NCBI GenBank assembly: GCA_965242525.1
Contig: OZ251459.1
Location: 3,488,001 to 3,552,000 of the forward strand
Source of the DNA: an uncultured Candidatus Binatia bacterium
Lineage (GTDB): Bacteria; Desulfobacterota; Binatia; UBA9968; JAJDTQ01
DNA: 64,000 nt
Direction of reading: 5' to 3'
Shown here piece by piece: positions 40,083 to 48,574 of the stretch (position 1 is the first letter of the stretch; each line of letters opens with the position of its first letter). Below the pieces are notes generated by a model, which worked only from the letters and a program-made list of their open reading frames with translations, made no database searches and was not told the DNA's origin. Position numbers and translations under genes: made by a program.

Positions 40083-41114
40083 TTACTTCTTGGGCAGGAG
40101 GATGTCCTTCAACAGGGCCACCGTGGCGGCGTCCATGTCGTAGAGACCCTTCATCTTCCCGGCGACCCAGTTGCCGTCTTGCGGGTTCAACTCCAGTTTC
40201 GACTTCTTGGCGTCGGCGATCAGCGCAGGGTCGCTGAAGGTGGCCATGAACGCCTTCTGGAGGGTCTTCACCCGGTCCGCGGGCACTCCCGGCGGCAGGC
40301 TGTAGGGCCGCGAGATGGCGCGGTAGACGTCGTTGGCCACTCCCAGCAGCGTCTTGCCCCTCTCCCCCTTGGCCAGCTTGCCCGCCAACGCCACGTCGGG
40401 CAGGTCCGGGTGGGGCTCCGGGGTCACCTGGAGTACGGGCTTGACGTTGCCGCTCTCGATGCCCTGCCTCCAGGTCGGCTTGATGGACTGCCATGCCCAG
40501 CAGCCGCCGTCGATCTCGCCCCGTTCGGCCGCCACCCGGATCAGCGCGGTGCCGCCGTATCCCTCGATGATCTGCATGGGCAGGTCGGTGGCGGCCTTGA
40601 CCAGCTTGGGCACGTCGTCCGTGGTGGAGCCCGGGCCGGTGGCGCCGATCTTGATGGGGCGCTTGGACTTGAGCCAGTCCTCGATGCTGTTGATGCCGCT
40701 GGCCTTGGTCAGCGCGCAGGTGTTGTCGTCGGTGACCGGGGCCCCGAGCCAGTTGAACTTGCGTCCGTCGAACTTGGCGCCCTTGCTGCCCAGCACCTGC
40801 TGGAGCACCAGCGGTCCGATCCAGTTGCCGACGGTAAGGCCGTCGGGCTTGGCCTTGTTGTAGATGTAGTTGGCGGCGATCAGGCTGCCGGCCCCGGTCA
40901 TGTTCTGGACCAGGGTCTTGGGATTGCCGGGCACGTGCTTGCCCATGTGGCGGGCGATGAGCCGGGTGTAGGTGTCGAAGCCGCCGCCCGGGGAGAACCC
41001 GACCACGAACCGGATGGTCTTGCCCTCGAAGAAGTCCGCTCCCACGGAGAGGGAGGGGAGCAGCGCCAGGACGAGCCCGGACAACATGACGGCGCGGAGA
41101 AAACGACTGACCAT
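40083..41114 (-). CDS. tctC: TctC/Bug family substrate-binding protein
   Basis: FFEGKTIRFVVGFSPGGGFD, VQNMTGAGS, KPDGLT; RBS AGGAGG. Confidence 0.92.
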   Translation of the reverse strand: MVSRFLRAVMLSGLVLALLPSLSVGADFFEGKTIRFVVGFSPGGGFDTYTRLIARHMGKHVPGNPKTLVQNMTGAGSLIAANYIYNKAKPDGLTVGNWIGPLVLQQVLGSKGAKFDGRKFNWLGAPVTDDNTCALTKASGINSIEDWLKSKRPIKIGATGPGSTTDDVPKLVKAATDLPMQIIEGYGGTALIRVAAERGEIDGGCWAWQSIKPTWRQGIESGNVKPVLQVTPEPHPDLPDVALAGKLAKGERGKTLLGVANDVYRAISRPYSLPPGVPADRVKTLQKAFMATFSDPALIADAKKSKLELNPQDGNWVAGKMKGLYDMDAATVALLKDILLPKK

Positions 41115-41218
41115 AAGGAGCCTCCTGTGTCGATGGTGGGACACGACGATGGTTATCGAGTTTCCCTTTCTGTCACAAATCCGGGGCAAAGGAAAGGACC
41201 GAAAATGTTTCGCAGGGG

Positions 41219-41263
41219 TTGCGCTTGGCGAAAAAGGTCTTAAACTTAGCGAACGATCGTTTG
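41219..41263 (+). promoter_or_regulatory. Putative promoter and palindromic operator upstream of the boxB-like gene
   Basis: TTGCGC-16-TAAACT followed by the near-palindrome CGAACGATCGTTTG (41250-41263). Confidence 0.5.
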
Positions 41264-41289
41264 AAAAATCCATGCAAGGAGACGCGGGA

Positions 41290-42390
41290 ATGAACAGGAT
41301 CGCCACTTTCGACGACTGGACCGACTGCTTCAGGGAATGGCAGAAGGACATCGGGTACGACGCGGACCTGCTGGGGGACTACAGGTTCGAGACCAAGCTC
41401 GGGGACCTCCACAGCGAGGAGGTGGAGTTCGGCGACTACCGGGGCGGACGCAAGTGGGAGCGCGCAGGCCAGATACCCAACCAGGCCGTCCGGGACGCGC
41501 TGCTCACGCTCATCGTCTATCAGGGCGACACCGAGTTCGCCTCGGTGGAGCAGCAGAAGAACCTCCTGGACAACGCCCCCACCGAGTACGACCGGCAGGC
41601 GCTGATCCGCGTCAACAGCGACGAGATGAGGCACGGCTGGCAGATGTGCTACCTGCTGGTGAACTACTTCGGCGACACCGGCAAGCTGGAGGCGCGGAAA
41701 CTGCTGGAGCGCAGGGCCAACGAACAGCAACGCCTCCTGGGGTCGTTCAACCAGCCGGTCCACAACTGGCTGGACTTCTTCACCTACACCCAGTTCGTGG
41801 ACCGGGACGGCAAGTTCCAGCTCACCATGCTCAGCCACTCGGCTTTCGCGCCCCTGGCCCGCAGCGTCTCGGCCATGCTGAAGGAGGAGTTCTTCCACAT
41901 GTTCACCGGGAACACCGGGCTCACGCGCATCGTGAGGGCGAACCGGATCCCCGTGCCCATCATCCAGAAGTACTTCAACAAGTGGCTGTCCACCGCCTAC
42001 GACCTCTTCGGCACCGACCGCTCCTCGTCGGCCCAGTGGGCCTACGTGTGGGGTTTGAAAGGCCGCTTCGACGAGGCCGCGGCCGGGCAGCCCGCGGACC
42101 GGGAGAGGCTCAACGAGACGGCCCGCGCCCACTACCTGGACGAATGCCGGGGACTCGTGGACAACCTCAACCGCTTCGTCCCCGAAGGGGAGCCCCGGCT
42201 CCGGATCCCGGACGTGAAGTTCAACCGCTCCATCGGCGACCACGCCGGCATGACCTACGGCGTCGATGGCGATTTGCTCTCCGACACGGAATATGAGAAA
42301 CATCTTTCCGAGGCGCTCCCCGGGGCAGAGGACGAACGTGTCCTGGACGAGGTCTTCCGGGAGAAGGACTGGGTGCTTCAGATGAACTAG
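41290..42390 (+). CDS. boxB: BoxB-like diiron aryl-CoA epoxidase subunit (short form, 366 aa)
   Basis: QGDTEFASVEQQ, DEMRH, RLLGSFN, DRDGKFQL, EEFFHMF and FNRSIG match BoxB signature segments and diiron ligands. Confidence 0.8.
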   Translation: MNRIATFDDWTDCFREWQKDIGYDADLLGDYRFETKLGDLHSEEVEFGDYRGGRKWERAGQIPNQAVRDALLTLIVYQGDTEFASVEQQKNLLDNAPTEYDRQALIRVNSDEMRHGWQMCYLLVNYFGDTGKLEARKLLERRANEQQRLLGSFNQPVHNWLDFFTYTQFVDRDGKFQLTMLSHSAFAPLARSVSAMLKEEFFHMFTGNTGLTRIVRANRIPVPIIQKYFNKWLSTAYDLFGTDRSSSAQWAYVWGLKGRFDEAAAGQPADRERLNETARAHYLDECRGLVDNLNRFVPEGEPRLRIPDVKFNRSIGDHAGMTYGVDGDLLSDTEYEKHLSEALPGAEDERVLDEVFREKDWVLQMN

Positions 42391-42505
42391 CGTTTCCCCG
42401 CCGCATCCGCCGGGCCGGCGCCGCGGCCCCGGTCGAACGTGTCCCAGGAGCACGCATGGCAGGACGGGCGGCGGGCGCTCCCCGGCCATGCGCAAGGAGA
42501 ACCCG

Positions 42506-42829
42506 GTGAAACGATTCTGCCTCGTCTGCCAGAACGTGGACTGCAAGAGTCGAGGCTCCGAAGAGCTGATGCGCGACTTGCGGCAACGGGCGGCGGACAA
42601 GGGCCTGGACGACGTGGAAGTGCGTTCCTACATGTGCTTCGGGGCGTGCCAGGAAGGCCCCAACATGGTCCTCTACCCCGACAAGTTCTGGTACGCCAGC
42701 GTGAAGCGGGAGGACCTGGACGACATCGTGGCGCACTTGGCCGGCGGCCCGCCCGTGGACCGGCTGGACAAGATCGACCCTTCCCTCAAGGAGCTCATCT
42801 ACCAGTTGCTGGACACCGGGGTCTTTTAG
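42506..42829 (+). CDS. Thioredoxin-like [2Fe-2S] ferredoxin (NuoE/HydC-type domain)
   Basis: C-x4-C (CQNVDC) and C-x3-C (CFGAC) followed by EGPNM..YP...WY; RBS AAGGAG before GTG. Confidence 0.88.
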   Translation: MKRFCLVCQNVDCKSRGSEELMRDLRQRAADKGLDDVEVRSYMCFGACQEGPNMVLYPDKFWYASVKREDLDDIVAHLAGGPPVDRLDKIDPSLKELIYQLLDTGVF

Positions 42830-42834
42830 CCGTC

Positions 42835-44070
42835 ATGGAAGGCATCCTGTTCCCGCGAGGCGTGGCCGAGGGACTCGAAGGCCTCGACGCCTATCGTTCC
42901 AGGGACGGCTACCGGGCCCTGGAGCGCAGCCTGCGCGAGCTTTCCCCCCAGGCGGTGATCGCGGAGTTGGAGCGGTCCGGCCTGCGCGGCAGGGGAGGCG
43001 CCGGGTTCCCCACCGCCCGGAAACTCGCCCTGACCCTGGAAAGCCCGGAAACGCCCCGCTACGTGGTGATGAACGGCGGCGAGGACGAACCCGGAAGCCG
43101 CAAGGACCGGGTGCTCATGGAGAACGTCCCCCACCTCGTCCTGGAGGGGGTGGTCCTGGCGGCCTACGCGGTGCAGGCGGAGAAAGCCTACCTCTACATC
43201 AACCGCGGCTACGAAGCGGCCGCGCGCGCCATGGCGACGGCCATGGACGAAGCCAGGGAAGCGGGTTACTGGGGCGAGGACGTCCTGGGTTCCGGTTTCG
43301 GCCTGGAGATCGTGACCGTGGCCGCGCCTTCCAACTACGTGGCGGGGGAGGACACCGCGGCCCTGGAGGTCATCGAGGGGAAGGACCCGCTGCCGCGGCG
43401 GAAGCCGCCCTTCCCCGTCACCGCCGGACTGTTCGGCAAGCCCAGCCTGGTCAACAACGTGGAGACCCTGGCCAACGTCGCGCCGATCCTCGCCCGGGGG
43501 CCGGAATGGTACCGCTCCTTCGGGGCCGGGGAGAGCCCCGGCACCATGCTCTTCTCCCTGGGGGACGAGATGGAAAGGCCGGGCGTCTATGAGCTGCCTT
43601 TCGGGACCCCCTTGCGCTACCTGCTGGAGGAATGCGGCGGCGGGCTGAAAGAGGGCAAGCGCGTCAAGGCCGTCCTTCCGGGCGGGCCGTCGTCGGGGTT
43701 CCTGCGGCCCGAAAACCTCGACGTGCCGCTGGACCACGCCTCCCTGCGCGACGCGGGATCGTCCATCGGATGCGGCGTGGTCAAGGTCCTTGCCGAAGGG
43801 GATTCCGTGCTGGACGAGGTGGCGCGCATCGCGGACTTCTTCGCCCGGGAGTCCTGCGGCCAATGCCCGGCCTGCCGCATGGAGACCAACATGCTGGCGG
43901 CGCTGCTCAGGAAGGTGCAGCAGGGACAGGGCAACGACGCCCTGGTGGAGCAGTTCGGCAAGGTGCTGGAGTTCAACCGGGGGAAGGGGTTCTGCAGCCT
44001 CATCCACATGCCGGGTCCGCCCATCGAGAGCGCGGTCCGGCTGTTCCCCGAAGAGTTCCGCGGCGCGTGA
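42835..44070 (+). CDS. Stand-alone NuoF-like FMN/[4Fe-4S] NAD(P)H oxidoreductase
   Basis: GLRGRGGAGFP, EPGS.KDR, YVAGEDTA, PRRKPPFP, NNVET and ESCGQCPACR...FC; no other nuo genes nearby. Confidence 0.9.
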   Translation: MEGILFPRGVAEGLEGLDAYRSRDGYRALERSLRELSPQAVIAELERSGLRGRGGAGFPTARKLALTLESPETPRYVVMNGGEDEPGSRKDRVLMENVPHLVLEGVVLAAYAVQAEKAYLYINRGYEAAARAMATAMDEAREAGYWGEDVLGSGFGLEIVTVAAPSNYVAGEDTAALEVIEGKDPLPRRKPPFPVTAGLFGKPSLVNNVETLANVAPILARGPEWYRSFGAGESPGTMLFSLGDEMERPGVYELPFGTPLRYLLEECGGGLKEGKRVKAVLPGGPSSGFLRPENLDVPLDHASLRDAGSSIGCGVVKVLAEGDSVLDEVARIADFFARESCGQCPACRMETNMLAALLRKVQQGQGNDALVEQFGKVLEFNRGKGFCSLIHMPGPPIESAVRLFPEEFRGA

Positions 44071-44085
44071 CCGCGGCGGCCCGCT

Positions 44086-44271
44086 TCAGAGGTCGAGGCT
44101 CTTTCGCGGCAGGTTGAAGACCACGCCTTCGCCGTTCCGCACCAGGCAGGTGTCGTTGCTCCACTCCTTGATGACCTCCACCTCGTCTCCCGGCGAGAAC
44201 GACGCGTCCTCGACCCCGGCGTTCTTGGTGGACTGGTACTTGAAGGTAAACGCTTCCTTGACGGTGGCCAT
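44086..44271 (-). CDS. Small hypothetical protein (61 aa), SH3-like pattern
   Basis: RBS GGAGG; sequence SFSPGDEVEVIKEW...LVRNGEGVVFNLP...L; GC3-rich codons. Confidence 0.65.
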   Translation of the reverse strand: MATVKEAFTFKYQSTKNAGVEDASFSPGDEVEVIKEWSNDTCLVRNGEGVVFNLPRKSLDL

Positions 44272-44309
44272 CCGAGGCCCCTCCCTTCTCCGTGGACCGC
44301 GCGCCGCGT

Positions 44310-45002
44310 TCAGGCCCTGTCCGGGCTTCGCCAGCTCCCGCGGCGGCCGGGGAGCCGCAACGCCCTCTCCAGGCCCTTCAGGAAAGCCGCGCGGGGGACC
44401 TCCCTGGCGCCGAGGCGCAGCATGTGGGAAGTTGTAACCTGCGCATCGATGAAATGGAAGCCCCAGCCCGAGAGCCGGTGGACGAGACCCGCCAACGCCG
44501 CCTTGGAGGCGTCGGTCTCCCTGTGGAACATGGACTCGCCGAAGAACCCCCCGCCGAGGGCCACGCCATAGACCCCGCCCACGAGCTCCGAGCCGATCCA
44601 GGTCTCCACCGAATGGGCCACTCCGGCGTCGTGGAGACGCACGTAGGCCCTCTCCATCTCCCGGGTGATCCACGTGCCGCCCTGACCGCGCCGCGGGACC
44701 GACGCGCAAGCGCGGATCACGCCCCGGAAGTCCTCGTCGAAGGTGACCCGGAACCGCCCCCGGTTCAGGACCCGCCGCAGGCGCCGGGAGACGTGGAACT
44801 CGCGCAGGTCGAGGACGCACCGGGGGTCCGGCGACCACCACAGGATCGGCTGGCCCTCGCCGTACCAGGGAAAGATACCCATCGAGTACGCCAGCACGAG
44901 GCGCGCGGTCCCCAGGTCGCCTCCCACCGCCAGGAGCCCGTTGGTCTCGGCCTCCTCCGGCGAGGGAAAGGCCAGTTCCCGGTTCAGGCGATAGACGGGC
45001 AT
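44310..45002 (-). CDS. aat: Leucyl/phenylalanyl-tRNA--protein transferase
   Basis: GLLAVGGDL, AYSMGIFPW, WWSPDPR, AHSVE, FFGESMF, DASK. Confidence 0.96.
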   Translation of the reverse strand: MPVYRLNRELAFPSPEEAETNGLLAVGGDLGTARLVLAYSMGIFPWYGEGQPILWWSPDPRCVLDLREFHVSRRLRRVLNRGRFRVTFDEDFRGVIRACASVPRRGQGGTWITREMERAYVRLHDAGVAHSVETWIGSELVGGVYGVALGGGFFGESMFHRETDASKAALAGLVHRLSGWGFHFIDAQVTTSHMLRLGAREVPRAAFLKGLERALRLPGRRGSWRSPDRA

Positions 45003-45040
45003 GCGTTCCCCGTTCGTACCGAGCCCGCGTCGGTGCAGGC

Positions 45041-45120
45041 GCCCCCCACCCCGGCCCTCCCCCTCGAAGGGGGGAGGGAATCGGATCGCGAAGCACCCTC
45101 CCCAAGGGAATCGGATCGCG
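45041..45120. repeat. REP family C palindrome plus a local 16-bp direct repeat
   Basis: CCCCACCCCGGCCCTCCCCCTCGAAGGGGGGAGGG hairpin; AGGGAATCGGATCGCG at 45075 and 45105. Confidence 0.7.
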
Positions 45121-45131
45121 TAGCGAAGGTC

Positions 45132-45222
45132 TCCGTTCGTCCTGAGCGTAGCGAAGCGAAGTCGAAGGACGCGCTTTCCCACGGGGAGAAGGAAATCGAG
45201 CCGGAATGGACCATACGTTCCA
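45132..45222 (-). mobile_element. MITE family A copy (degenerate end)
   Basis: Core followed by CCCACGGGGAGAAGG...CCGGAATGGACCATACGTTCC, colinear with the 16537-16649 copy. Confidence 0.72.
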
Positions 45223-45274
45223 TAATGGATGCAAGGAACCCGTCTTGCTGGTATATTCCCTTGGGGGGACGGAC

Positions 45275-45643
45275 ATGTTCAAGCGGATCGACCACGTGGC
45301 GCTCCACGTCGCGGACCTGGAGCGCGCCATCGCTTTCTACGAGGAGCACTTCGGTTTCCGGAAGTACTTCCAGCACCAGGCCACCGCGGGGATGCAGATC
45401 GCGTACCTCAGGCTGGGGGACACCGTGCTGGAGTTGACCCACAGGAGCGACGGCTCCATGACCGGGTTCCATTTCTGCTTGGAGACCGACAGCTTCGACG
45501 ACACGGTGGCCGAGCTCCGAAGACGCGGCGTGCCGTTGCTGCGGGCGCCCCACGAGACCGCGGCGCGGGAGCCCAGGGAGCAGGGTTGGCGTCGGGTGGT
45601 CTTCGGAGGCCCCGACGGGGAGCAGATCGAGCTGCGCGGCTGA
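45275..45643 (+). CDS. VOC/glyoxalase family protein
   Basis: RIDHVALHVADLERAIAFY, HFCL, FGGPDGEQIEL. Confidence 0.92.
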   Translation: MFKRIDHVALHVADLERAIAFYEEHFGFRKYFQHQATAGMQIAYLRLGDTVLELTHRSDGSMTGFHFCLETDSFDDTVAELRRRGVPLLRAPHETAAREPREQGWRRVVFGGPDGEQIELRG

Positions 45644-45688
45644 CCGCGGGGTCCACCGTCCCGGGCCTCGGCGCGGGAGATCGGAGCC

Positions 45689-46000
45689 ATGATGGCGGAC
45701 CAGGAACCTCGGACCATCAAGGTGGATTGCCCCTGCTGCGGGGCCGTCCTGATGGTGGACCCTTCGCTGGCGGTGGTGCTGCGCCACGAACTGCCCCCGC
45801 CCCAGCACAAGGCCCCCGAACTCAAGGACGCGGGCCGTCGGCTCCGGGAAGAGGCGACGCAACGCGACCAGAAGTACCGCCACATCCTTGACGCGGAAAA
45901 GGACAAGGGCAAGGTGCTGGACCGCAAGTTCCAGGAACTCCTCAAGAAGGCCAGGGACGAGCCCATCGAGAAGCCCCTGAAGGACATCGACCTGGACTAG
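45689..46000 (+). CDS. Hypothetical protein with a CPCC knuckle and coiled coil
   Basis: VDCPCCGAVL.VDP, charged helical C-terminus ending DIDLD. Confidence 0.75.
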   Translation: MMADQEPRTIKVDCPCCGAVLMVDPSLAVVLRHELPPPQHKAPELKDAGRRLREEATQRDQKYRHILDAEKDKGKVLDRKFQELLKKARDEPIEKPLKDIDLD

Positions 46001-46023
46001 GATTCCCCGCGGACGCCCACGCT

Positions 46024-46071
46024 CGTCGTTCCCGCGAAAGCATGTCCTCGCGGAAGCGGGGACGGGAATCC
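46024..46071. repeat. REP family B copy with a nested hairpin
   Basis: CGTCGTTCCCGCGAAAG + CATGTCCTCGCGGAAGCGGGGAC + GGGAATCC, between convergent genes. Confidence 0.65.
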
Positions 46072-46086
46072 GGGTTGTCTCTTCCG

Positions 46087-46416
46087 CTAGCCTTCCCGTT
46101 TCAGGGACTCGGGGAAGTAGCGGGACGGGGACCAGACCTGGGCGTTGAAGTTGCGGCAGCCGAGGATTCGGAGCTCGCGCATGATCCGCACGTAGTCCTG
46201 CGATTCCAGGAAACTCTCCCACGCCTGGAGGGAGTCGAGTTCGATCATGATGGCCACCTGGGGGCTGACCTCCAGGGGGTTGCGGAGGTTGCGGATCTCC
46301 CGGACCCCGGGGTGCGCCAGCGCCATGGGCAGCCAGTCGTTCTTGGCCTTGTTGCTGTAGATGGTCAGGTTGGCCTTCTGGTCCGGGAGGTCCCACTGGA
46401 TGATGTAATAGACCAT
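46087..46416 (-). CDS. Hypothetical protein, probable dimeric alpha-beta barrel (EthD/ABM-like)
   Basis: RBS AAGGAG; HPGVREIR and IELDSLQAWESFLES pattern; last gene of the ligB-ligA-SDR run. Confidence 0.65.
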   Translation of the reverse strand: MVYYIIQWDLPDQKANLTIYSNKAKNDWLPMALAHPGVREIRNLRNPLEVSPQVAIMIELDSLQAWESFLESQDYVRIMRELRILGCRNFNAQVWSPSRYFPESLKREG

Positions 46417-46442
46417 GGCTGGCGCTCCTTGCGCAGACGGCC

Positions 46443-47234
46443 TCAGGTGACCGCTCTGACGAGTCCGCCGTCGATGAGCAGCGTGGTCCCGGTGATGTAG
46501 CTGGCCCGCTCCGAGCCGAGGAAGACCACCAGGTCCGCCACTTCCCCGGCCTGCCCGTAACGGCCCAGGGCGATCTCCGCCCTGCTCTGCTTCTGGACCT
46601 CCTCCAGGGGCAGGCCGAGCCTCTTGGCCCGGGCCACGTTGAGGCTGTGGTGCCGCTCGGTGTCGATGCGTCCGGGCAGGACGGTGTTGACGAGGATGTT
46701 GTCGGGGGCGAGCTCCCGGGACAGGGTCTTGGCCCAGCCCACCACGCCCGTGCGGAACGTGTTGGAGAGGATCAGCCCCGGAATGGGCTCCTTGACGCCG
46801 TAGGAGGTGATGTTGACGATGCGCCCCGCCCCCGCCTTCTTCATGTGGGGGACCGCCTCCCGGGTCAGCCGCACCGTGCCCATGAGGCTCAGGTCGAAGG
46901 CCTTGGCCCAGTCGTCCTCGCTCAACGCGTCGAACGCCCCGAACGGCGGCCCGCCGGCGTTGTTGACCACCACGTCCACGCGCCCGAAGGCCTCGACGCT
47001 CCCGGCCACGTAGTTGCGGATGTCGTCGTAACGGGACATGTCCGCCGCGGTGGCGAGGACTTCGCCGCCGGTGGCCTTGCGGATCTCTTCCGCAGCGCGT
47101 TCCAGGGCCTCCCCGCCCCTGGCGCAGACGCTCACCTTTGCGCCTTCCCGGGCGAAACCCTCGGCGATGGCCCGTCCCATGCCCTGACTCGCGCCGGCCA
47201 CCAGCGCCACCTTGCCCGCCAATCCCATCTCCAT
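46443..47234 (-). CDS. SDR family oxidoreductase
   Basis: GASQGMG, VNNAGGPP, GRIVNITS, LSNTFR (no YxxxK), SYITG. Confidence 0.92.
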   Translation of the reverse strand: MEMGLAGKVALVAGASQGMGRAIAEGFAREGAKVSVCARGGEALERAAEEIRKATGGEVLATAADMSRYDDIRNYVAGSVEAFGRVDVVVNNAGGPPFGAFDALSEDDWAKAFDLSLMGTVRLTREAVPHMKKAGAGRIVNITSYGVKEPIPGLILSNTFRTGVVGWAKTLSRELAPDNILVNTVLPGRIDTERHHSLNVARAKRLGLPLEEVQKQSRAEIALGRYGQAGEVADLVVFLGSERASYITGTTLLIDGGLVRAVT

Positions 47235-47307
47235 CCGGGGCTCCTCGTCGGTTCGAGGGAGTCCGCGGCGCGCCGCCCCATGCAGCGCGCCCGGCGGACG
47301 CCCGCCT

Positions 47308-47553
47308 TCACTTCTGGGTCCAGTAGATGTTGCGGTCGAACTCCGGGTCCAGCCGCATGAGGTAGAGCGCCAACATGCCGTGGGCGCCCAAGGGCCGCAG
47401 CCGCTTGGGGTCGCCGCTCTTGATGGCCGCCACCTCCTCGGCGTCCAGGTCATACCCGGACAACGCCTCTTCCAGGTCGGTCCTGGCCCGGCCCAGGGCG
47501 TCGGGGTCCATCTTCAAGTCGAACAGGAACCGGTTGAGTTGGTAGCGGCTCAT
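47308..47553 (-). CDS. LigA-like small subunit of an extradiol dioxygenase
   Basis: Y.LN.FL..L, YDLDAEE..AI..GD...L..LGAH; adjacent to the LigB-type gene. Confidence 0.78.
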   Translation of the reverse strand: MSRYQLNRFLFDLKMDPDALGRARTDLEEALSGYDLDAEEVAAIKSGDPKRLRPLGAHGMLALYLMRLDPEFDRNIYWTQK

Positions 47554-47595
47554 CGGTGCTCCCCAATGCCTGCGCTGTGGTCCCTGCTTAGCGGA

Positions 47596-48459
47596 TCAGA
47601 TCCGCCAACTGGCGAAGCCCCACCCGGTGGCCACGTGGTCGGGCATGTAGAAGGTCTCCGACGCCGGGGCGTCGCTCACCGCGCCCACCGTGACCATCCA
47701 GTTGAGGAACTCGGAGTTCCCGGACTGCCGCAACTGTTCCAGCGTCAAACCGGCCAGGGCGGGGCCCTCCCCGGCGCGCATCCGCCGGAGCAGGTCTTCG
47801 TCGAAACTCGTGTCGATCTCGCCGATGCGGGGGGATCCCGGGAAGTGCGACAGCCCGCCGGTGGCGAGCATGGCCACCCGGACCGAAGCGTCGTCCGCCA
47901 CCTGCCGGATCAGGCGCCCCAGGGCGTAGCACCGGGCGGGGGTGGGCAGCGGTTCGATCCACGTGTTCACGAATATGGGCAGGATGGGGATCTCCGGTTC
48001 GGGCAGGAGGAAATGCAGCGGCACGGTCTGGGTGTGCTGCAACTCCACGTCCTCGCCGAAGGACAGGTCCAGTCCCGCGGCGACCCCCGCCTCGAGGATG
48101 GCGCGGCCGAGCTCCGGGTGGTTCCGGTAGTGGAACTCGTGCCGGGTGAAGCGGCCCCGGACCTCGTCCGCCAGCGTCACGAAGAAGGTGGGGATATTGT
48201 CGAAGAAGAAGTTGACGAACTGGTCGTTGGCCACGACGATGAGCACGTCGGGCTTGGCCGCCTGGAGGTCGGAGCGAAGCACCGAAAAAGCGTTTTCCGC
48301 GTCCCGCCGCAGCTTCTGCTGCGCCTCCAGGGAAGGCTTGGCTCCGGCCGCCTCGGGCGCCATGCGGTAGTGCAGGCTCATGAACTCTTCCCACTCGGGA
48401 CCCGGGTCCAGGAGGATGTTGGGCGCATGGCTCGCGGCCAACGCAGAGACGAACGGCAT
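47596..48459 (-). CDS. LigB-type (class III) extradiol ring-cleavage dioxygenase
   Basis: ASHAP, KPDVLIVVANDQ, ATGGLSH, GNSEFLNW. Confidence 0.88.
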   Translation of the reverse strand: MPFVSALAASHAPNILLDPGPEWEEFMSLHYRMAPEAAGAKPSLEAQQKLRRDAENAFSVLRSDLQAAKPDVLIVVANDQFVNFFFDNIPTFFVTLADEVRGRFTRHEFHYRNHPELGRAILEAGVAAGLDLSFGEDVELQHTQTVPLHFLLPEPEIPILPIFVNTWIEPLPTPARCYALGRLIRQVADDASVRVAMLATGGLSHFPGSPRIGEIDTSFDEDLLRRMRAGEGPALAGLTLEQLRQSGNSEFLNWMVTVGAVSDAPASETFYMPDHVATGWGFASWRI

Positions 48460-48574
48460 TCGCAATCCTTTCCGGAGCGTGCAGAAAACGACGCTAGATG
48501 GTATAATCCGATCCGGGAAATTTCAACCGGCTCCGCCGCAGGGCCGCGGGGACGGAGACAACGGGGACGCTTCC

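Noticed and set aside
42506-44070. Part of a respiratory complex I (nuo) operon
   Set aside because: No other nuo subunits adjacent and the motifs diverge from canonical NuoF
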